Of a DNA stretch of 64,000 nt, positions 57,895 to 64,000 are shown in pieces. The stretch lies in the sequence record OU343167.1. One strand, written 5' to 3'. A program made the translations under genes and the position numbers. Positions within the stretch are counted from its first letter, which is position 1. Every line of letters starts with the position of its first letter. Under the pieces are notes generated by a model. It was not told where the DNA came from. It saw only the letters and a program-made list of their open reading frames with translations, and made no database searches.

Positions 57895-58242
57895 TCATGG
57901 ACGGTCAGTCCAGTGCTTGAAATAGTTACCATCATTAGGACGGCCATGTTTGGCAAGAATATTTTTAAGTTCTTCGCCAGACAACTTAATTCTATCGCCT
58001 ACTGGACTATCCAGTTCAGGACAGGGTTCAGTCTTACGTGTGATGATTAGATTGTCAGTTCCATCTTTGAAGATAAAGATAAACTGAGTTTCATTATCAC
58101 TAATCTTTTTCTTAACGCAATGTTTTACTTCTGGATGTTTCTTGTGGATAGCTACAAAAGATTCAACAAGAGTCAGTTTCATAAACTCAGGACTAACAAA
58201 TGTGAAATATACAGCGTTCTGTGTTGGGGTTAGATGATTCAT
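57895..58242 (-). CDS. hypothetical protein
   Basis: GGAG RBS. Confidence 0.75.
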   Translation of the reverse strand: MNHLTPTQNAVYFTFVSPEFMKLTLVESFVAIHKKHPEVKHCVKKKISDNETQFIFIFKDGTDNLIITRKTEPCPELDSPVGDRIKLSGEELKNILAKHGRPNDGNYFKHWTDRP

Positions 58243-58244
58243 AT

Positions 58245-58550
58245 TTACTCCGTATGTTTGAGATAGGTTTCAACTGCTTTAAGACCTTTATTAAAGAACA
58301 TGGTTTCAACATAAGTAATATTATTTATACTCTCCTCGATAAGTTCCCATTTGATACAACGTGTAATAGCGTTGATTGTAATATCTAATCCGTTTGGGAA
58401 TAGGGTTACTTCATCAGTAAGGCGAATCCAATCGGGAGCTTTCGCTCCATTACGTAAGCGGGGACTAAACGTAAGATTGTAGAGTTTCTGCAATGGTTCT
58501 TTTAGTAGCGCTTTTTGTTCTCGATGTTCCATAATTTCTCTTAAAGACAT
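58245..58550 (-). CDS. hypothetical protein
   Basis: packed ORF. Confidence 0.7.
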   Translation of the reverse strand: MSLREIMEHREQKALLKEPLQKLYNLTFSPRLRNGAKAPDWIRLTDEVTLFPNGLDITINAITRCIKWELIEESINNITYVETMFFNKGLKAVETYLKHTE

Positions 58551-58762
58551 TTGAAAATAAAAATAGAATACTCGTCAGGATTAGTAACTTTCAACGTATT
58601 CTCCGTTCGTAGTATCTCGTATCCACGGTACTTGTTTTCTAAAATATCTAGACGCGAAATACACTGTGCTTTATTTTCAAACTGGATAGTCGATTCTTCT
58701 GTGGATGTAATTCCAAACAACCCCACGTGAATCGCTAAAACAAACATTGTTGCGATATTCAT
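58541..58762 (-). CDS. small exported hypothetical protein
   Basis: start moved out of tRNA-Pro to MNIATMFVLAIHVGL. Confidence 0.6.
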   Translation of the reverse strand: MNIATMFVLAIHVGLFGITSTEESTIQFENKAQCISRLDILENKYRGYEILRTENTLKVTNPDEYSIFIFKCL

Positions 58763-58820
58763 GTCTATTATCTCGATACAATATAAAACCCCTCTATGAC
58801 AGAGGGGCTCTATATTTAAA

Positions 58821-58896
58821 TGGTCGGAGTGGAGAGACTCGAACTCCCGACATCCTGCTCCCAAAGCAGGCGCGCTACCAACTGCGCTACACTCCG
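58821..58896 (-). tRNA. tRNA-Pro(TGG)
   Basis: CGGAGTG/CACTCCG, CCTGC-TT TGG GA-GCAGG, TTCGAGT, CCA. Confidence 0.95.
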
Positions 58897-58902
58897 TAAA
58901 TT

Positions 58903-58988
58903 TGGTACCCGGTGTCGGACTCGAACCGACACGGCTTTCGCCGAGAGATTTTAAGTCTCTTGTGTACTACCAATTTCACCAACCGGGC
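58903..58988 (-). tRNA. tRNA-Leu(TAA)
   Basis: GCCCGGT/ACCGGGT, AGAGA-CT TAA AA-TCTCT, long variable arm, CCA. Confidence 0.95.
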
Positions 58989-59027
58989 ATTTCTTCTCTA
59001 TAAATAGAGGCTCTTCAGTATTTTTCA

Positions 59028-59205
59028 ACATAAAGCCTCCCGATGGGAGGCATTATGCTCATCAACACAACAAGGAGAAAGATACAACTTACCAACTGAA
59101 AGGAGGGGACCACAACAGGGAGTCTTACTTCCTAGAAGCCAGCTGGAAGGGTTGCTGGCTCCGGCGAGCTGTGGTCTATGTAAAAAACGAGGAGTGACGT
59201 CTCTA
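59028..59205 (-). ncRNA. candidate ~150-nt sRNA upstream of tRNA-Leu/Pro
   Basis: GACCACA/TGTGGTC and AGCCAGC/GCTGGCT helices; TATGTA-type motif at 59203-59219; terminator 59028-59057. Confidence 0.4.
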
Positions 59206-59228
59206 CATATCATTACATAGTGGGTAAG

Positions 59229-59981
59229 TTATTCTTCATTGCTAATGAAGGCAATACGCTCTTCAATATTTTCTACTGTGATACTTTCTTCAAAGTTTTC
59301 AGTAGATACGCTAGTAAAACCATGTTCGGTATCTATCTGAGATAGACCGATTTGCATTAGTTTGCGTGCAGGTTGACTAAGGCCATCAATGCCAGCTTGT
59401 TCGATAGCAGCTTTATAACCAGTTAAGGTAGTGAGAGAAGACATGTTCTTTTCCTCTTTTTTGTTTCTTACATGAATGAAAATTATTGGTCCTTCAGACT
59501 TATACATTTCAAAGCCTGGGGTTAGAATAATTTCATTATTAATGTTTTTAGCTACATACCCGCCACGAATAACCTTGCTAATATAGCTATTCAGACCAGC
59601 GCCACCATCTGCAAAGTATTTCATGTCCTGTAGTTGTATCTCAGTGATGCTCTTTAGTGTATAAAGATAAAACACTTCTCCACCGAATTCAACAAGCATC
59701 CAATCAGGACCATATTTGTAGCTCTTTACATTAGATCTACCTGAACGATTGTAATATGTCCACATATCGTCCGTATTATTAATAAGCTCGGTTATGGTGG
59801 GTGGCTGTATACCGTTATCAGAATCTGGCTCGACCCATACATCGTAAGGGCGATCGGCACGCGGGTTATTGACCTCATCAAATAACTGATTGATTAGATC
59901 ATCCATTTCCGCTTCGAGAGATATCGCATATCGCAGCAAAAGGTTAATGTTATGCATGGTTGTTACCTTTAGAATTGACAT
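59229..59981 (-). CDS. putative virion head protein with KTSC-like segment
   Basis: SxE motifs (AISLE, VSTE) of the kind cut by phiKZ-type head protease; SGRSNVKSYKY..LVEFGG..YLY segment resembles KTSC; start may be 59957. Confidence 0.5.
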   Translation of the reverse strand: MSILKVTTMHNINLLLRYAISLEAEMDDLINQLFDEVNNPRADRPYDVWVEPDSDNGIQPPTITELINNTDDMWTYYNRSGRSNVKSYKYGPDWMLVEFGGEVFYLYTLKSITEIQLQDMKYFADGGAGLNSYISKVIRGGYVAKNINNEIILTPGFEMYKSEGPIIFIHVRNKKEEKNMSSLTTLTGYKAAIEQAGIDGLSQPARKLMQIGLSQIDTEHGFTSVSTENFEESITVENIEERIAFISNEE

Positions 59982-60014
59982 AACATAAAGCCCTCCCGAA
60001 GGAGGGCAGTATGA

Positions 60015-60428
60015 TTACATGACTTCACGGGTACCATCTACCATTTCAAGAACAGTGATCGTTTTACCAACCTCTGGTTTCTTGTTAACGATAGTTTGCA
60101 TTAGATGTTGCTTACCATCAGATTCGATAATCATCTTGCATTGGAATGTCTCTATGGCACCCATTTCGTTTCCAACGGCGCCGCCAGCAGCACCTCCAAC
60201 GAGACCACCGATCCAACCACCAGATTTACCAAAGATAGCACGACCGAGCATTGCACCACCAACTGCGCCAGCTGTGCCGCCGACAGTCGCACCAACGATG
60301 CTATTATCTTTAGCAATCAGTTGACATTCAGATTGCCTTACGATACCAGTTGTAGAAGACTTGATCTCCCCCGCTGCGATCGTGGTAAGAGGGAACATCA
60401 GAGTTACAGCGAGAGCGATCTTTTTCAT
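60015..60428 (-). CDS. glycine-zipper 2TM exported protein (YcfJ/SlyB-like)
   Basis: signal peptide; GATVGGTAGAVGGAMLG..GGLVGGAAGGAVG. Confidence 0.8.
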   Translation of the reverse strand: MKKIALAVTLMFPLTTIAAGEIKSSTTGIVRQSECQLIAKDNSIVGATVGGTAGAVGGAMLGRAIFGKSGGWIGGLVGGAAGGAVGNEMGAIETFQCKMIIESDGKQHLMQTIVNKKPEVGKTITVLEMVDGTREVM

Positions 60429-61585
60429 TACAGGAAGTCCACATCAAACTCATCTTTCTCGCCACGAGTGTCAAGAAGGTTAACCATGTAGTCACCTTTC
60501 TCGGCTTCTTGCGGGGAGGCTTGGGTTGCAGAGATATCGAGATATTCAACCATGAATGGCAGAGGGTTATCTTCCGGGAATTCCAGAGGAACACCAGTCA
60601 GCTCCAGATATTCTGCCGAATGTTTCTCTAGGGTATCCGGAATGATGTTCAGGAAAGTACCGGCAGCATTACCGTTAAACAGTACCCACTGGAAAAGTTT
60701 CTGTGCGTTAACACCAGCAAGGCTACGACCTTCAGAGAACAGGTATTTAACCCAGGTAACTTCAGTACGGATGATTTCCCAGAACAGTTCGATGATCTGA
60801 GGTTTGCACTGCTCGTACGCAGTCATACCACGTTCGGTCTTCAACAGTGCCTTAATTACTTCTTGGCCATATTGTGCATGGATCTCGAATTCATCCTGGG
60901 CGATCTTCTTAACCGCTTCACCAATCTGCTGGAACAGGCCAGTTTTACAAATAGCGAAAGTCACTGCAAACGATGCCATGAACTGAATACGTTCCAGCAT
61001 ATAAAGAGCAATGAAGAACATGAAGATCTTATTGTAAGTCTCCTGGTTATTCGGTACTTGCTTCAATGCATATGCGTGAGACGTGTCATGTGCTTCACCC
61101 ATTACACGGGCAACAGCGACCATACGTTCTTGTGCTTCTTCAACACGCAGGATCTCATCGAGGATAACGCGAGGATTCTTAAACGAACCCCTCACAATCT
61201 CGGAATAAGTAAGAGCATGAACGTCTTCGTTATCGTTGATTCGAACGTAACCTGTCCAGATCCTAGAGTCGGTCATCACCGGACCAAGAATATTCACAAT
61301 CGCTCGACTAGCTACAGAGTCAGCTTCCCATTGCCATGCAAGGGTCTTGATCATCATGTCGTAAGTCGATTTATTACATGTTTCAAATTCGATAAGACAT
61401 TGTTGGAAATCGAATTCCAATTCGTCCCAGTCAAGCTTACGTAGACGTTTGTAGAGAGACCATGGTACAGGGAAGTGGGTATGAATAGAATCTAGGAGTC
61501 CAGGTTCTTGACCAAGGATAATTTCGGGTACGTCATAGTCAGTCTTTTCTACGTTAAAAATTTTCTTGGGGAGCTTGTCAGTCAT
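60428..61585 (-). CDS. nrdB: Ribonucleotide reductase class Ia beta subunit
   Basis: WEAD, NEDVHALTYS (radical Tyr), LERIQF, QDEFEIH, C-terminal PQE..DY. Confidence 0.95.
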   Translation of the reverse strand: MTDKLPKKIFNVEKTDYDVPEIILGQEPGLLDSIHTHFPVPWSLYKRLRKLDWDELEFDFQQCLIEFETCNKSTYDMMIKTLAWQWEADSVASRAIVNILGPVMTDSRIWTGYVRINDNEDVHALTYSEIVRGSFKNPRVILDEILRVEEAQERMVAVARVMGEAHDTSHAYALKQVPNNQETYNKIFMFFIALYMLERIQFMASFAVTFAICKTGLFQQIGEAVKKIAQDEFEIHAQYGQEVIKALLKTERGMTAYEQCKPQIIELFWEIIRTEVTWVKYLFSEGRSLAGVNAQKLFQWVLFNGNAAGTFLNIIPDTLEKHSAEYLELTGVPLEFPEDNPLPFMVEYLDISATQASPQEAEKGDYMVNLLDTRGEKDEFDVDFL

Positions 61586-61677
61586 TTTCGTTTCCTTGTT
61601 AATATCAAGATTACTTACACTTGATATAGAACGTTAGTAATTCTTCTAATTATTAAAGTGATGTTAATGTTTGTTAT

Positions 61678-61713
61678 CATAAAGCCCTCCCCTTTAGGAG
61701 AGGGCGATATGTC
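61678..61713. terminator. Palindromic terminator family copy between nrdA and nrdB
   Basis: CATAAAGCCCTCCCC-TTTA-GGAGAGGGCGATATG. Confidence 0.75.
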
Positions 61714-61714
61714 G

Positions 61715-64000
61715 TTACAGAGTACAAGCTCCACCAGCGCAACCTTTGGAACCATCGTTATTTTCAAACGCGGATTCTAATGCAGCAAGCGACAGATTAG
61801 CGGAAGTCTCGGTGTTCATGTAGTATCGAGTCTTCATACCAAGCTTAACCTGCAAGAAGTAGTCGCGAAGCATTTCGTTAGAGCTAATCTTCTCGTCGCC
61901 GATAATCCGACGATACAGGTCAGCAGAAATACCTTGGTCAGTCCACTTCTGGAAGATAGCGTAAGCTTCGATCATATCCTTAGTTGGAATATCGTAAGCA
62001 AGTTCATACTTGTACGCTTTATCATCACCAAACGGTGCAGCCCAGTTAATCAGGTTGTTATTGTCCGACTTGTTAATAACAAGACGACGAACCGGATAGA
62101 TCGAGTTAGCACCGCCTACTGCTTTAGAGGATGCTTCACCAGGCATATATGCAACGAGCACCGAGTGACCGATACCACCGTTAGCAATAATTTCCTTACG
62201 GAGTTTCTCCCAGTTATAAATGTTCTCAAACCCACCAGGTACGATTTCATCTACATTTCGCTTGTAGGTATCAAGAGGCAGCCAACCTTCAGGCCACAGA
62301 GTCTTATGCATCCATGGAGCAAGACCACGTTCTTTAGAGATACGCAGGGAAGCCTCGATCAGGTGATACATATGCCGTTCTGCAACAAAGTGCATTTCAC
62401 GCTTACCAGCTTCGGAAGAATATGCCAGACCTGCACGGGCCATATGGGTAGCAAGACCCATGATACCGACACCAGCGCTCATACGCTGCTTAGCAGTGAA
62501 ACCCAGGTGAGGGAAGGCGTATTCTGCATTGAGAATACAGTAGTCAATCATCTTCAGCGCATAATAAGCAGCTTTACGATAAGTTGCTGCATCTGGGATA
62601 TTGTCAACAACAATAGCCGCCAGTGAACAGGTAGCAATCTCACCTCGACCATGGTCTTCCTCAGAATAGAGGTCACGCATGTCATAGTAAGGTTTTGTCG
62701 GTTCAGCAATTTCCATACAGAGGTTCGAACTATGAATCGGTTCTTTGAACGGGGTATGGCGATTCATTTCATCGATTTGAGCAGTATACGCAACACCAGT
62801 TTCATAGGCTTCGTTAAGAACCGTTTTTAGAAGATCCCGTGCATCGATGTAGGTCTTAGCAAAGTTCGGATCGGCTTCATACTTTTCATAGAGCTCTTTG
62901 AACTTAGCTTGGTCTTTACCGTAGAATGCTTCGAACAGGTCAGGTGCAGTATACGGGTTAAATACGAAGACCTTTTCATTCTTAGCTGCTTTAGCTGCGA
63001 ACAGAACGTTACCCATTGCTGCATAGTGAAGATCACGATTCTTACGGTCTTCAGTAGAGCGAGGGTTACGGAGTTGGGAGATCATATCCGCTTCTGGGTC
63101 AAAGAGACTATAGAAGCTAGTTACAGCACCGCCACGACCATTTTGCAGGTTAGCTCGAACAGCCTTACCCATTACATCGATGTAAGGTTTCTTACCTTGG
63201 TGAACGATGAGACCATTACGTACAGGATCCCCAACAGAACGGGACATGATGTTTACACCAATACCAGCAGAGGACTGGGTCATGATGTTCGCGATGTAGT
63301 CTCCGATAGCCAACGAAGTACCGTTGTCGCCAGAAGCGAAGAGGCAGCAAGAAGCAAAGCCCCGCAGTACAGTACCAAGGTTAACGTAGTTAGGAGTCGG
63401 CGCCGACAATTGTTTTTGAGAGAACAATTCATAATAGTTCTTCACATGTTCCAGCCGCTCAGCTTTAGGTTCTTTCTCAGAAAGAGCCATTGCCATCCGC
63501 ATGTATGTAAACTGCTGAGTTTCATACTCTTTCCCAGACACGCGATTACGAAGGGAATACTTACCACGGATATGGTGGAGAGCGAAATGAGGGGAATTGA
63601 AATCAAGATCATGATCAATCATCTCCTGGATAGCCTGATATTCATCATCGCTATAATCCAGTTTGATCATTACTCCATCTTCATGCATTTTGGCATGAAG
63701 TTGTTTTACTGTCGGAATACCGTCCAGTCCATAGATTTTCTTACGCAGAAATACTGCGTACAGACGACCAGCCATTAGGTAATACGACCAGGTCTTACGA
63801 TTAAGACATTCTTCGATCAGCCAACCCTGGAACTCCTGAGATGTAACCTTTTTGGGCTTACCGCTTACAGCACCTAGTACGATACTACCCCAGTCAACTT
63901 TGTTGCCCAGACGTGCCGCTGCCCACTCGCCCCAGCCATTTGCTTTCTCGTTATCGAAGGGTTGTTCAGTGCCATCCAGTTTGATAATAGTTTCAATCAT
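61715..64000 (-). CDS. nrdA: Ribonucleotide reductase class Ia alpha subunit
   Basis: ATP-cone-like start, SAPTP, FASCCL, SSNLCMEI, ATCSL, MPGEASS, KTRYY, C-terminal CAGGAC. Confidence 0.96.
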   Translation of the reverse strand: MIETIIKLDGTEQPFDNEKANGWGEWAAARLGNKVDWGSIVLGAVSGKPKKVTSQEFQGWLIEECLNRKTWSYYLMAGRLYAVFLRKKIYGLDGIPTVKQLHAKMHEDGVMIKLDYSDDEYQAIQEMIDHDLDFNSPHFALHHIRGKYSLRNRVSGKEYETQQFTYMRMAMALSEKEPKAERLEHVKNYYELFSQKQLSAPTPNYVNLGTVLRGFASCCLFASGDNGTSLAIGDYIANIMTQSSAGIGVNIMSRSVGDPVRNGLIVHQGKKPYIDVMGKAVRANLQNGRGGAVTSFYSLFDPEADMISQLRNPRSTEDRKNRDLHYAAMGNVLFAAKAAKNEKVFVFNPYTAPDLFEAFYGKDQAKFKELYEKYEADPNFAKTYIDARDLLKTVLNEAYETGVAYTAQIDEMNRHTPFKEPIHSSNLCMEIAEPTKPYYDMRDLYSEEDHGRGEIATCSLAAIVVDNIPDAATYRKAAYYALKMIDYCILNAEYAFPHLGFTAKQRMSAGVGIMGLATHMARAGLAYSSEAGKREMHFVAERHMYHLIEASLRISKERGLAPWMHKTLWPEGWLPLDTYKRNVDEIVPGGFENIYNWEKLRKEIIANGGIGHSVLVAYMPGEASSKAVGGANSIYPVRRLVINKSDNNNLINWAAPFGDDKAYKYELAYDIPTKDMIEAYAIFQKWTDQGISADLYRRIIGDEKISSNEMLRDYFLQVKLGMKTRYYMNTETSANLSLAALESAFENNDGSKGCAGGACTL

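Noticed and set aside
59100-59180. SRP (4.5S) RNA, suggested by a GGAA loop
   Set aside because: The conserved CAGG/AGCAG internal loops of domain IV are absent.
58763-59213. ORF-track calls overlapping tRNA-Pro (5' part of 58541-58864) and 59025-59213
   Set aside because: The first runs through a tRNA gene and the second through a terminator and structured RNA; treated as non-coding.
60428-64000. Intron, intein or homing-endonuclease insertion in nrdA/nrdB
   Set aside because: Both ORFs are continuous and of normal length (761 and 385 aa), with no intein motifs.

Overview
A 64-kb stretch of a lytic jumbo-phage genome that is most likely phiKZ-related (Chimalliviridae-like). Support: recurring TATATTAC early-promoter motifs, TATG late-promoter-like motifs, phiKZ-type virion-protein domains, class Ia nrdAB and densely packed small ORFs. 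From 1 to ~46.1 kb the + strand carries an early/accessory region: an RNA-repair/NAD-rescue block (RtcB, Prs-like + Nampt-like = NARP1-type pair, Rnl2-family RNA ligase), an HD alarmone-hydrolase-like gene, GNAT, SPFH, CX5R phosphatase, ART-like, BCS1-like AAA ATPase and many hypotheticals, punctuated by palindromic terminators. At least two candidate structured ncRNAs lie here (43.1 and 44.3 kb). From 46.1 to 64 kb the - strand carries a tRNA island in which four AT-rich Kelch beta-propeller genes alternate with tRNA genes, two paralogous HNH endonucleases, then nrdB and nrdA. The most striking observation: a canonical tRNA-Asn gene has been split at its anticodon loop by a ~750-bp insert that carries an HNH endonuclease plus its own replacement long-variable-arm tRNA-Asn(GTT). 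All calls are by eye; no searches were run.
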